Shown here: positions 1 through 9,087 of the stretch, one piece after another
Position numbering within the stretch: position 1 is the stretch's first letter
Layout of the letters: each line of letters begins with the position of its first letter
DNA from: an uncultured Chloroflexia bacterium
Lineage (GTDB): Bacteria > Chloroflexota > Limnocylindria > Limnocylindrales > CSP1-4
Direction of reading: 5' to 3'
Length of the DNA: 64,000 nucleotides
Assembly: GCA_963768655.1 (NCBI GenBank)
Contig: CAVYIM010000003.1
Span: 384,001-448,000, forward strand
The notes under the pieces: generated by a model
Databases searched by the model: none
What the model was told of the DNA's origin: nothing
The model's input: the letters and a program-made list of their open reading frames with translations, nothing else
Program-made: the position numbers and the translations under genes

Positions 1-22
1 CTGGAGTCCAGGTTGTCCCGCG

Positions 23-28
23 TATAAT
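23..28 (+). promoter_or_regulatory. sigma70-type -10 box upstream of pdxS
   Basis: Perfect TATAAT in a GC-rich context about 80 nt upstream of the pdxS ATG; no clear -35. Confidence 0.5.
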
Positions 29-107
29 TCGACGGCGTGGGTCGGGTCGCGGCCGTACAGGATTGCGCCCCGCGTCTCCGCCGCAGCTGAAGGATTGGGC
101 CAAACCA

Positions 108-995
108 ATGACCGCCGAGACCTCCACCTGGGCCACGAAGAAAGGCCTCGCCCAGATGCTCAAGGGCGGCGTCATCATGGACGTCGTTACGCCGGAGCAC
201 GCCCAAATCGCCGAGGATGCCGGGGCGTGTGCCGTCATGGCCCTCGAGCGTGTCCCGTCCGACATTCGGGCGGCAGGTGGAGTGGCCCGCATGAGCGACC
301 CGGCGATGATCGAGGGGATCATGGCGGCGGTCAGCATCCCGGTCATGGCCAAGGCCCGGATCGGTCATTTCGTGGAAGCGCAGGTCCTCGAGGCGCTCGG
401 CGTCGACTACATCGACGAATCAGAGGTTCTCACGCCGGCCGACGAAGCCAACCACATCGACAAGCACGCCTTCAAGGTCCCGTTCGTGTGTGGCTGCCGC
501 AACCTCGGCGAGGCGCTGCGGCGCATCAACGAGGGCGCGGCGATGATCCGGACCAAGGGCGAAGCCGGCACCGGTGACATCGTCGAGGCCGTCCGCCACA
601 TCCGCACCCTGATGTCCGAGATCCGGCGTCTCCAGTCGATGCGCGAGGACGAGCTGTTCGTCGCCGCCAAGGAGATGGAGGCGCCGTACGATCTGGTCAG
701 GCAGGTCGCCGCCGAAGGCAAGCTCCCGGTCGTCAACTTCGTGGCCGGCGGGATCGCCATTCCGGCGGATGCGGCATTGGCCATGCAGCTCGGGGCGGAG
801 GGCGTGTTCGTGGGGTCGGGCATCTTCAAGAGCGAGAACCCTGCGAAGACAGCCGAGGCGATCGTCCAGGCCACTCTCCACTTCGATAACCCCAAGATCA
901 TCGCCGAGGTTTCGAAGGGTCTGGGCAGCCCGATGCGCGGCATCGCGGCGGTCACGATCCCGGAGGCGGAACGTCTGGCGGTCCGGGGCTGGTAG
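108..995 (+). CDS. pdxS: Pyridoxal 5'-phosphate synthase lyase subunit PdxS
   Basis: [47 protein letters not shown]-terminal RGW; ATG at 108. Confidence 0.97.
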   Translation: MTAETSTWATKKGLAQMLKGGVIMDVVTPEHAQIAEDAGACAVMALERVPSDIRAAGGVARMSDPAMIEGIMAAVSIPVMAKARIGHFVEAQVLEALGVDYIDESEVLTPADEANHIDKHAFKVPFVCGCRNLGEALRRINEGAAMIRTKGEAGTGDIVEAVRHIRTLMSEIRRLQSMREDELFVAAKEMEAPYDLVRQVAAEGKLPVVNFVAGGIAIPADAALAMQLGAEGVFVGSGIFKSENPAKTAEAIVQATLHFDNPKIIAEVSKGLGSPMRGIAAVTIPEAERLAVRGW

Positions 996-1052
996 CCCGG
1001 CGTAGCGGGACGCACGGTCCAGCGGGACCGATGCGAACCCGGAGCGCGTGAT

Positions 1053-1691
1053 GTGAAGATTGGCGTACTGGCGCTCCACGGCGCCGTCATCGAGCATATC
1101 CAGACCCTGCGGTCGATCGGCGTCGAGCCGGTCCCGGTGCGGCTGCCCGAGGACCTCGAGGGGATCTCCGGCCTCATTCTGCCCGGCGGTGAGAGCACGA
1201 CGATGCGCAAGCTCGTGGCTCGATGGGGTTTGCGGGAGCCGATCATGGCACTGGCCAGGTCGGGGGCGCCGATCCTCGGCACCTGCGCCGGGATGATCAT
1301 CGTGGCCAGGCAGATTGCCGGCGGCGAGGAGCCCGTCTTCCCGCTGCTCGACGTGACGGTCGAGCGAAACGCGTTCGGGCGCCAGCTCGACTCGTTCGAG
1401 ACGGACCTGGCGATGCCGATCCTGGGCGATCGGCCGGTCCATGCCATCTTCATCCGCGCTCCGGTCATCGAGCGGCTGGGCCCCGGCGTCGAGGTCCTGG
1501 CCAGGCTCCCCGATCAGCGCGTCGTTGCCGTCCGCCAGCGCAACGTGATCGCGATCTCCTTCCATCCCGAGCTGGCTGGCGAAACCCGGATCCACCGGCT
1601 CGTGGCCACGATGGCCGCGGAGTACGCCGAGCCCCGCGAGGGGACGCCCGCTGCCGGAACTGAGCGATGGTCGCTCGGGGAGGCGATGTGA
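1053..1691 (+). CDS. pdxT: PLP synthase glutaminase subunit PdxT
   Basis: ILPGGESTT, GTCAG nucleophile, RNAFGRQLDSFE, FIRAP, FHPE; follows pdxS. Confidence 0.96.
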   Translation: MKIGVLALHGAVIEHIQTLRSIGVEPVPVRLPEDLEGISGLILPGGESTTMRKLVARWGLREPIMALARSGAPILGTCAGMIIVARQIAGGEEPVFPLLDVTVERNAFGRQLDSFETDLAMPILGDRPVHAIFIRAPVIERLGPGVEVLARLPDQRVVAVRQRNVIAISFHPELAGETRIHRLVATMAAEYAEPREGTPAAGTERWSLGEAM

Positions 1692-2719
1692 GCGGCCGCG
1701 TCCGTCTCGCCCGCATCACGGACCTCGCCGCCCTGGGCGAGCTCTCGCGGCTCTCTCAACAGGAGCACGTAGACGCGCGCTCGCTCGGGCTGCCGCTGAG
1801 CGGGCCGCGGATCGGCGTCTTCAGCCTGTTCCGGCTTCCGCTCGGGGCGTTCCGGCCCAACGATCTGCTCTTCGTCTACGAGGACGAGCGGCGGCTCTCG
1901 GGCCTGCTGCGCGTGGAGCGAGACGCCTCCCGCGATGAGATGACGATCGTGGAGCTGGACGCCATTGGCTCGGGCGATTCGGGTGACACCCGCTACCGGC
2001 TCGTGCAGCACCTGTTGCGCGACGGAACGAAGCGCGGCGCCTTCCGGTTCCATGTCGCGTGCGCCGACGTACAGGGCAACGTCGAGCTCTTCATGCAGGC
2101 CGGCTTCGCCCGCTACGGCCAGGAGCGATTGCTGTTCCGCGGCCCGGGCAGGCCGCTGCCGCCGGCATGGTCCGACGAGAAGGTGCGCTCGGCAGGCATC
2201 CGGTCCTGCCAGCCGCTGGACGCGCTGCCGCTCGCCCGGCTGTACGCGTCGGTCACGCCCCAGCCGGTGGCGCGCCTGGAGGCATATCGCCTCGCCGACT
2301 GGGAGCGCCAGGGATCCTCGACGCGCGTGCCCCGTTCGAGCCTCGCTCCGATCCTGAGGTTCGCGGACGTCGAGGCCTTCGTCCAGGAGTCGGTCGAGGG
2401 CGGCGTGGACAAGCTGACGGCGCTGCTGCAAGTGGGCGTGGCCCGCGAAGAGCAGCCCCACTACTTGAAGATAATGGCCCGGCCCGGCGCCGATCTGGAG
2501 TCGCTCGTGGACTTCGGTCTGGGTCTGATCCGGGCCCGGATCGAAAGGGGCGGCAACTGTCCGGACAACGGCGTCTTGGCGCCGGTCCGGACCTACAAAT
2601 CGCCGGTCGACAGTCGCTTGGAGGAAGCCGGTTTCTCGATCCTGGAAACGGTGTCGCTGCTTATGAAAGAAGCGGTCGTCCGGGTCGCCGAACCCGCACT
2701 CGTTCCGGCTGTACGCTAG
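1688..2719 (+). CDS. Hypothetical protein, probable tandem GNAT-like fold
   Basis: GTG overlaps pdxT stop (GTGA); two halves each ending in GNAT-like motifs (ELFMQAGF, RLEEAGF). Confidence 0.65.
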   Translation: MSGRVRLARITDLAALGELSRLSQQEHVDARSLGLPLSGPRIGVFSLFRLPLGAFRPNDLLFVYEDERRLSGLLRVERDASRDEMTIVELDAIGSGDSGDTRYRLVQHLLRDGTKRGAFRFHVACADVQGNVELFMQAGFARYGQERLLFRGPGRPLPPAWSDEKVRSAGIRSCQPLDALPLARLYASVTPQPVARLEAYRLADWERQGSSTRVPRSSLAPILRFADVEAFVQESVEGGVDKLTALLQVGVAREEQPHYLKIMARPGADLESLVDFGLGLIRARIERGGNCPDNGVLAPVRTYKSPVDSRLEEAGFSILETVSLLMKEAVVRVAEPALVPAVR

Positions 2720-2740
2720 CCCGAAAGCACAGGAGAAGAC

Positions 2741-5071
2741 GTGGCTGATCAGGGTGGGCACCGCCGGCGGGAGTCGATCGACGACCTGGATCTGCTTCTC
2801 GCGGCCCTTCCCCCCGATGTCGTGGCGGCTGTGCATGCCCTGACGGATCCCGCGGACCTGATCGAGGTCGTCATGGATCTGGGGCGCCGGCCGGAGGCGC
2901 GCTCCACCAACAGCGAGGTGACCCTGCTGGAGCGCGAGATCACCGAGGCCGACATCAAGTACGTCGTCGACCACATCGGCACCTTCGGCGACGACAACCG
3001 CGCCGGCATCGAGCGGACGCTCCATCGAATCAGCGCCGTCCGCAATCGAACCGGCAAGATCGTCGGCCTGACCTGCCGCATCGGCCGGGCTGTCTATGGC
3101 ACGATCGAGATCATCAACGACTTCGTCGAGTCGGGGAAGTCGATCCTGATCATGGGCCGGCCGGGCATCGGCAAGACGACGATGCTGCGCGAAGCGGCGC
3201 GCGTCCTGGCCGACGACCACGGCAAACGGGTCGTGGTCGTGGACACGAGCAACGAAATCGCGGGCGACGGCGACATTCCCCATCCCGCGATCGGGCGGGC
3301 CAGGCGAATGCAGGTCCGAACTCCCTCGCTCCAGCATGAAGTGATGATCGAGGCGGTCGAGAACCACATGCCCGAGGTCATCGTCATCGACGAAATCGGG
3401 ACCGAGCTGGAGGCACAGGCCGCCCGGACGATCGCCGAGCGCGGCGTGCAGCTGATCGGCACGGCCCACGGCAACAACCTCGACAACCTGATGCTCAACC
3501 CGACGCTCACGGACCTGATCGGCGGTATCCAGACGGTCACGCTCGGGGACGAGGAGGCGCGGCGCCGCCGCTCGCAAAAGAGTGTTCTCGAGCGCAAGGC
3601 CCCACCCACCTTCGACGTCATCGTCGAGATCCTCGACCGGGAGAGAGTCACGGTCCACGCCGACGTGGCCGAGACCGTGGATTCGCTCCTGCGCGGCGAT
3701 CCGATCTCGTCCGAGCTGCGCTGGCGCGACGAGGGCGGCGTCCACCGCTCGCAGTCGCGGCCCAAGCCGTCGCCGCGCGAAGCGCTGAGTGGCGGCGATC
3801 GCTTCGGCAGCGACCGCTTCGCCGGCCTCGTCGGTGCCGGGCCGGGCTGGCGCACCGAGCCGGGCTGGCGCGGCTCCGGCTCGTATCGCTCCCCGTCCGA
3901 CTGGCGGGAAGTGGATCGGAGCGGGGCGCGGCCGGGTTACCGGCCCGGGGCCGGCGGCGGCTGGCGGACGCCGGTTCGAGGCTCGCGCGAAGTCCATGAC
4001 GGGGCGCGCCGGACGCGCAGCGGCGAAGGGTCGAGCGGCAATGGCGGCGCGCCCGGCGGTGCTCCGGGCGGCGGGCCCGGTGGTGGGCCTGGCCAAGGCT
4101 GGCCCGGCGGCGGGCCTGGCGCCGGCCCCGATCCGATCGCGCGGGCTCTCCCCGGCGAGCGGTTCGCGGCCTCGCCGCGCGGTCCCGGGGGCGACGCGCC
4201 CGTGACGCCGTTCAAGGCCGGGGAGATCGCGGACCGCGGCCCCATCGAGCGTGGAGCGCTGCCGGTGCCGGAGCCCCGGGCGCGCGAGCAGCGCGAGCTC
4301 GAGCGCCAGCGCTCCTGGGCCCAGCAGGCGACGCGGGCCCTCAACGACTATCGCGCCGAGGGCGTGGACGAGGAGGATGAGCCGGCAGCAGCAGCGCGAC
4401 GCGAGGCGGCCACTCCGGGCGCGCCTGGCCGCACGGCGGCCACTCCCACCACAGCCCGCCCAGACGCGGAGGAGGATCTCGAGGACCGCGAGGAGCTGGT
4501 CGACGAGCTCGGCGAGGACGACGAGGCGCTGGCCGACATGGTCCGGACACGGGCCGGAGGCGAGGCGTCCCAGGAGGAGGACGGCGCCCCGGTCCTGCGC
4601 GTCCGCGATGCCGGCTCGATCCTGCCGACGCTGCGGGTCCTGCCCCACGGCATCAGCCGCAAGCGCCTCGAGCAGGCGATCAAGGAGTTGCAGCTGCCGG
4701 TCATCATCGCCCGCGACCCCGACGAGGCAGATGTCGTGATGACCCTCAAGAGTGAGTATCGCCAGAAGACCTCCGGCCTGCGCGAGGCGGAGGATCGGGG
4801 CCTGCCGATCTACGTCCTGAAGAGCAACACCATCGTCCAGATGGAGGCCAGCCTGACTTCGATCTTCTCGCTCGAAGTCGACCCACGGGAGGCGGCCCTC
4901 CGCGAAGCCGAGGAGGCGATCGGGCTGGTCATCCACCGCTCCGAGCCCGTCGAGCTCTCGCCCCAGAACGCATACATCCGCCGGCTGCAGCACCAGATGG
5001 CCGAACGCGCGAACCTGATCTCGCGCTCGCGGGGCCGCGAACCCTACCGCCGGGTTCGCCTCTACCCATGA
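2741..5071 (+). CDS. Ycf45/SpoIIIAA-like AAA+ ATPase with C-terminal R3H domain
   Basis: VVMDLGRRPEAR, Walker A GRPGIGKT, Walker B VIVIDEIG, GTAHG; R3H motif LSPQNAYIRRLQH; long Gly/Arg/Pro-rich insert; SD AGGAG. Confidence 0.88.
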   Translation: MADQGGHRRRESIDDLDLLLAALPPDVVAAVHALTDPADLIEVVMDLGRRPEARSTNSEVTLLEREITEADIKYVVDHIGTFGDDNRAGIERTLHRISAVRNRTGKIVGLTCRIGRAVYGTIEIINDFVESGKSILIMGRPGIGKTTMLREAARVLADDHGKRVVVVDTSNEIAGDGDIPHPAIGRARRMQVRTPSLQHEVMIEAVENHMPEVIVIDEIGTELEAQAARTIAERGVQLIGTAHGNNLDNLMLNPTLTDLIGGIQTVTLGDEEARRRRSQKSVLERKAPPTFDVIVEILDRERVTVHADVAETVDSLLRGDPISSELRWRDEGGVHRSQSRPKPSPREALSGGDRFGSDRFAGLVGAGPGWRTEPGWRGSGSYRSPSDWREVDRSGARPGYRPGAGGGWRTPVRGSREVHDGARRTRSGEGSSGNGGAPGGAPGGGPGGGPGQGWPGGGPGAGPDPIARALPGERFAASPRGPGGDAPVTPFKAGEIADRGPIERGALPVPEPRAREQRELERQRSWAQQATRALNDYRAEGVDEEDEPAAAARREAATPGAPGRTAATPTTARPDAEEDLEDREELVDELGEDDEALADMVRTRAGGEASQEEDGAPVLRVRDAGSILPTLRVLPHGISRKRLEQAIKELQLPVIIARDPDEADVVMTLKSEYRQKTSGLREAEDRGLPIYVLKSNTIVQMEASLTSIFSLEVDPREAALREAEEAIGLVIHRSEPVELSPQNAYIRRLQHQMAERANLISRSRGREPYRRVRLYP

Positions 5072-5181
5072 GCTCGGCCGCCGCCCTGCCCGTTCGATCA
5101 GGCCGGCGCAGCCGGCGACCGCGGGTCGCGCCGCCGGACCGGGACCCGCTCACCGGCCCGCGGCTCGGCTAGACTCGACGG

Positions 5182-5922
5182 ATGCACCTCGACGGCGGTC
5201 GCCGACGCGGCTTCTTCCTGACGCTCGAGGGCCCCGAGGGCTCCGGCAAGTCGACCCAGGCCCAGCGGCTCTCTGCCCGGCTGATCTCATCCGGCGTGCC
5301 GTGCGTGATGACTCGTGAGCCGGGCGGGACGGCCCTGGGCGAGGCAGTTCGCCAGGTATTGCTCCACGCCCCGGAGATGTCGCCCGTGCCGGCGGCCGAT
5401 GCGCTGCTCTTCAATGCCGCTCGGGCTCAGCTCGTGGCCGAAGTCATCGGACCGGCGCTCGATCGCGGCGAAGTCGTCATCTGCGACCGCTTCGCCGATT
5501 CGACGCTCGCCTACCAGGGGTTCGGCGCCGGCCAGCCACTCGAGGTCTTGCGTTCGCTGGCCCGCTTTGCGGTGGGCGACCTGCGCCCCGATCTGACCGT
5601 CCTGATCGACCTGCCCGTCGAGGACGGCCTGGCGCGCAAGCAGGCGGACGAGGTCACCCGCTTCGAGGAAAGGGCCGACGTGGAGTTTCATCGTCGGGTG
5701 CGCGACGGATTCCTGGCCCTGGCCGCCGGGGAGCCGGACCGTTTCGTCGTGGTGGACGGCCGCCAGTCGGTCGAGACGATCGCAGAATCGATCTTCGAGG
5801 CGCTCCGTCGCAGGCTCGACGCCGGGCTCGATTTGCCGGCGCGCACCATCGAAGATGCCCCTGACGCCTCTCCTCTCCCTTCGAGTGAACCGGAACGCAG
5901 TTCGCTGCGAATGGACAGATGA
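5182..5922 (+). CDS. tmk: Thymidylate kinase
   Basis: EGPEGSGKST, TREPGGT, CDRFADSTLAYQG, PDLTVLIDLP. Confidence 0.95.
   Translation: MHLDGGRRRGFFLTLEGPEGSGKSTQAQRLSARLISSGVPCVMTREPGGTALGEAVRQVLLHAPEMSPVPAADALLFNAARAQLVAEVIGPALDRGEVVICDRFADSTLAYQGFGAGQPLEVLRSLARFAVGDLRPDLTVLIDLPVEDGLARKQADEVTRFEERADVEFHRRVRDGFLALAAGEPDRFVVVDGRQSVETIAESIFEALRRRLDAGLDLPARTIEDAPDASPLPSSEPERSSLRMDR
5886..5912 (+). promoter_or_regulatory. ECF (SigK-like) promoter TGAACC-N16-CGAAT, probably giving leaderless sigma mRNA
   Basis: TGAACC 5886-5891, CGAAT 5908-5912, sigma ATG 6 nt downstream; lies inside the tmk 3' end. Confidence 0.6.
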
Positions 5923-6605
5923 GGGACCCGGTGGTCTTGCCCACGACCCTGGTCATGCCCCAGGAACCCTCTGAGGAACAATCGGAGGCCGAATTGATGC
6001 GTCAGGTCGCCGCCGGTGAGATCGGCGGGTTGGAGACGCTTTACGACCGCTACCACGCGGTCGCATATGCGCTCGCCCTGCGCATCACAACCGAGACCGG
6101 GCTGGCAGAAGACGTCGTCCAGGATTTGTTCCTTGGCCTGTGGCGCAACGCCGGCCGCTATGCCGAAGACAAGGGCAGCGTCAAGGGTTGGTTGCTGGCC
6201 ATCGTCCGCCACCGTGCCATCGACTCGATGCGCCGCCGCCGCAACGGCGTAGCCATCGGCGATGAGACGGAGGAACTGCTTCCCGCCGCCTTGACGCTGC
6301 CCGATATCTGGCCGGAGGTCGCCGGACGGCTCGATGCCCAGAAGATAAGGCTCGCCCTGGCGAAGCTGCCGGAGGCCCAGCGCGACGCCATCGAGCTGGC
6401 CTACTACGACGGCCTTACGCAGCGCGAGATCGCCACCAGGACCGGCGCCCCTCTTGGAACGGTCAAGAGCAGGATGCGGCTGGGGCTGGTTTCACTGCGG
6501 CGCGAGCTGATGGACATCGCCGAGGGGCCAGAATGGGCCGCCCCGGCAGTCCGAACCGCCGGAGCCTCAGCGCTCCCGTTCGGTGGCCCGGAAGGCAGGG
6601 TGTGA
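5919..6605 (+). CDS. ECF RNA polymerase sigma factor (SigK-like)
   Basis: Region 2 AEDVVQDLFLGLWR/WLLAIVRHRAID; region 4 LAYYDGLTQREIA, PLGTVKSR. Confidence 0.93.
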   Translation: MRDPVVLPTTLVMPQEPSEEQSEAELMRQVAAGEIGGLETLYDRYHAVAYALALRITTETGLAEDVVQDLFLGLWRNAGRYAEDKGSVKGWLLAIVRHRAIDSMRRRRNGVAIGDETEELLPAALTLPDIWPEVAGRLDAQKIRLALAKLPEAQRDAIELAYYDGLTQREIATRTGAPLGTVKSRMRLGLVSLRRELMDIAEGPEWAAPAVRTAGASALPFGGPEGRV

Positions 6606-7486
6606 TGGCTATCGGCTGCGATCGCGTTCGTGACCTGGCTCCCGGGTTCGTCCTGGGGGCTTTGGATCCGGCCGAGATGGCCGCCGTCCGCGAGCACCTG
6701 AAGGTCTGCACGAAGGCCCATCCGGAAATGCGCGAGATGGGCGGGGTGGTGCCGTATCTCGGAGGTTCCCTCAATCCGATCGAGCCGCCGAAACACCTCC
6801 GGGCCGCCGTCATGGCAGCCGCTCTCGAGGATCTGCGCGCTCGTACGCCGGAGAAGGCCGGTCCGGCCGAGATTGCGCCGGCCGCGGTCCAGCCGGAAGA
6901 CGCACCCGTGTTGACGGTCCTGGAGCCGGTCCAGGCCGCTGGCGTTGTTTCGCTGACACGCGCTCGAACTCTCCGCACGCGCCGCGTGGCCACATGGATG
7001 GCCCGCGTGGCGGCAGCGGTGGCGGTCGTCAGTCTGGTCGGGTATGCCGTGGCCCTCCAGGGAGACGTGAATCACCTTCACGAAGTGGAGAAGAACGCCG
7101 ACAACGTTCTGAATGACGTCACCGATCCACAGGCCCGCTCTGCCGCGCTTGTCTCCCAGGTCGGGAGCAATGTTGCCGGCGAAGCCTGGTTGCTGCCGAG
7201 CGGCCACGTCGACGTGATGATGTCCGGTCTGGAGCCGACGACAAACGATCAGGTCTACGTCGTGTGGTCGAGCGCCGACGGCAGCCCAACGGTCAAGGCC
7301 GGTTGGTTCACGGTGGACGACCAGGGGAAGGGGTTCCTGCAGATCGACAATGCCTCCCCGTCCAACTCGTTGTGGTTGATGGTCTGTCTCGAGCCCAACA
7401 AGAACGTGCAGAGGCCCACCGGCCCGGTGATCGCGACCGGGACGATCTGGGTCTATTCTCCGCCACCCGCAGCGACACCGGACTGA
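6605..7486 (+). CDS. Anti-sigma factor, RskA-like (zf-HC2-like N-terminus, one TM helix)
   Basis: TGATG coupling to sigma; FVLGALDPAE..EHLKVC, TM helix, C-terminal QVYVVW..LEP..PTGPVI. Confidence 0.88.
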   Translation: MAIGCDRVRDLAPGFVLGALDPAEMAAVREHLKVCTKAHPEMREMGGVVPYLGGSLNPIEPPKHLRAAVMAAALEDLRARTPEKAGPAEIAPAAVQPEDAPVLTVLEPVQAAGVVSLTRARTLRTRRVATWMARVAAAVAVVSLVGYAVALQGDVNHLHEVEKNADNVLNDVTDPQARSAALVSQVGSNVAGEAWLLPSGHVDVMMSGLEPTTNDQVYVVWSSADGSPTVKAGWFTVDDQGKGFLQIDNASPSNSLWLMVCLEPNKNVQRPTGPVIATGTIWVYSPPPAATPD

Positions 7487-7605
7487 CCCCCGCTCGTCCC
7501 GACTTTGCCGCGCCGAATTGCGTGCGCAGCAGCCCCGCCCTCCGTGAGTCGCTATGTGTTGCGGTAGGCCGCGGGTCTACGGGCCGCTTTGCCGAGGGCG
7601 CGCCG

Positions 7606-8640
7606 CTACTCTGCCGAGGGCGCCCGGGCCACGACTCTACCGCCGCCCGCCGCGCGGGCCGACTGCATGGCCTGGTCCGCGACCTCGATCAACTCCTCGG
7701 GCGTCCGACCGTCGAGAGGGAAGCCGGCGATGCCCGCCGACACGGTGATGGACCTGCCGTCCACCGGAGCCAGGCCGGCGATGCCGCGCACCAGCCGCTC
7801 CGTTACGATCGACCCATCCGGCCCCGGGGCGAGGAGCATGAACTGGTCGCCGGCATAACGAGCCACGGTGTCCACGAGGCGGACCGATTCGGCGAGGATC
7901 TGAGCTACCCGGCGCAGCGCTTCGTCGCCGGCTGCGTTGCCGCCGGCTCGCTGGATCTCGTCGAAATCGTCGATCTCGAATAGCGCCACGGACAGAGCCA
8001 CTCCTTGCCGACCGGCCCGGGCGACTTCCAGCTGCAGCAGCCGGTCGACGGTACGGCGGTTCGCAAGCCCGGTCAGCGGATCGGTGTGGGCCAGACGATC
8101 GAACCACTCCGCGCGCTCGGAGCCCATCGATACCGCCAGAGCGCGCTCGACGGCCACGGCCGCCAGATCGGCGAGCGGCTCCGCACCGAGCAGAGTCTCG
8201 CGCCGCGGCAGCGGCCCCGGGAATCCGAGCGCCATCGCGCCGAGAGCGATCTCGATTCCGTCGCGTCGCACGATCAGTGGCAACAGATACGCGGTGGTCG
8301 CGCCGCGAAGCACCGCCACATGACCGGCGTCGTCCACGTCGAGCGGAGCGCGCGACCTGGTGACGTTCGCCAGCGGGTCGTGGCTCTCGGCCACCGACTC
8401 GACCGAACCGGCGTCGGCGGCGACTTCCGCGGCCACGCCGAAGGTGACCGCCAGCTCGAGCTCGTCGTGGTCGGCATCGAGAATGTAGACCGCCCCGGCG
8501 CTGGCTCCGAGGTGCTCGCCGGCCAGGCCAAGCAGCTCGGCCAGGGCGTCGTCCAGATCGTCGCTGCGCGCGACGGCGGCGGCGGCGGCCGCGAAGAGAG
8601 CGCCGTCCGATCGATGGTGCAGCGGCCGTTCGCCAGGCAC
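7606..8640 (-). CDS. GAF + degenerate GGDEF domain protein
   Basis: GTG with GGAGG SD; GAF-like N-half; TDPLTGLANRR; active site reads AGDQF; RLVD I-site. Confidence 0.85.
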   Translation of the reverse strand: MPGERPLHHRSDGALFAAAAAAVARSDDLDDALAELLGLAGEHLGASAGAVYILDADHDELELAVTFGVAAEVAADAGSVESVAESHDPLANVTRSRAPLDVDDAGHVAVLRGATTAYLLPLIVRRDGIEIALGAMALGFPGPLPRRETLLGAEPLADLAAVAVERALAVSMGSERAEWFDRLAHTDPLTGLANRRTVDRLLQLEVARAGRQGVALSVALFEIDDFDEIQRAGGNAAGDEALRRVAQILAESVRLVDTVARYAGDQFMLLAPGPDGSIVTERLVRGIAGLAPVDGRSITVSAGIAGFPLDGRTPEELIEVADQAMQSARAAGGGRVVARAPSAE

Positions 8641-8677
8641 GGGTCCTCCCCTGGAGCGTCGACGTGGAACCGCCGCG

Positions 8678-8726
8678 ATTGTACGGCCCCGCATCGCCTC
8701 GCGCGACATCCTTCTCCGCCTATACT
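8678..8726. promoter_or_regulatory. Back-to-back divergent -10 boxes
   Basis: TACAAT on minus strand (8678-8683) and TATACT on plus strand (8721-8726), the latter 7 nt before the darA GTG with no SD (leaderless geometry). Confidence 0.55.
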
Positions 8727-8733
8727 CGGGCCC

Positions 8734-9063
8734 GTGAAGCTCGTCGTCGCGGTCGTCCACAACGAGGATGCAAAGGCTCTCATCGATTCCCTGCTCAAGC
8801 GCGAGCACCGGGCCACCTGGCTTCACAGCTCCGGCGGCTTCCTCAAGCAGGGGAACGCGACCATCCTCGTCGGCGTCGAGGACGACAATGTCGAGGAGAT
8901 CGTCGGCATCGTGCGCGAGAATTGCCACGCCCGAACTCAAACCGTGAGCCCGATCCCACCGATCATGGAGCCCGGCGAGTTCTTCCTGCCCTACCCGCTC
9001 GAGGTCGAGGTCGGCGGCGCGGTGGTCTTCGTCCTGCCGGTCGATCGGTTCGAGCGGATCTGA
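8734..9063 (+). CDS. darA: Cyclic di-AMP receptor, PII-like DarA/PstA family
   Basis: (M)KLVVAVVHNEDA..L, SSGGFLKQGNATILVGV, EVEVGGAVVFVLPVDRFERI. Confidence 0.92.
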   Translation: MKLVVAVVHNEDAKALIDSLLKREHRATWLHSSGGFLKQGNATILVGVEDDNVEEIVGIVRENCHARTQTVSPIPPIMEPGEFFLPYPLEVEVGGAVVFVLPVDRFERI

Positions 9064-9087
9064 CTGGCCGCGGGGCCCGGGGTGTAG

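Noticed and set aside
757-1082. Substitutions in conserved motifs of PdxS (GGIAIPAD versus GGIATPAD) and PdxT (ALHGA versus ALQGA)
   Set aside because: Single-residue changes that cannot be separated from sequencing error or tolerated variation
1514-4993. 1159-aa minus-strand ORF and many similar long overlapping ORFs (e.g. 23224-25611 upstream part, 50660-53095, 42797-44656)
   Set aside because: Antisense or off-frame shadows of well-supported genes; Arg/Pro/Ala-rich with no motifs, as expected at high GC
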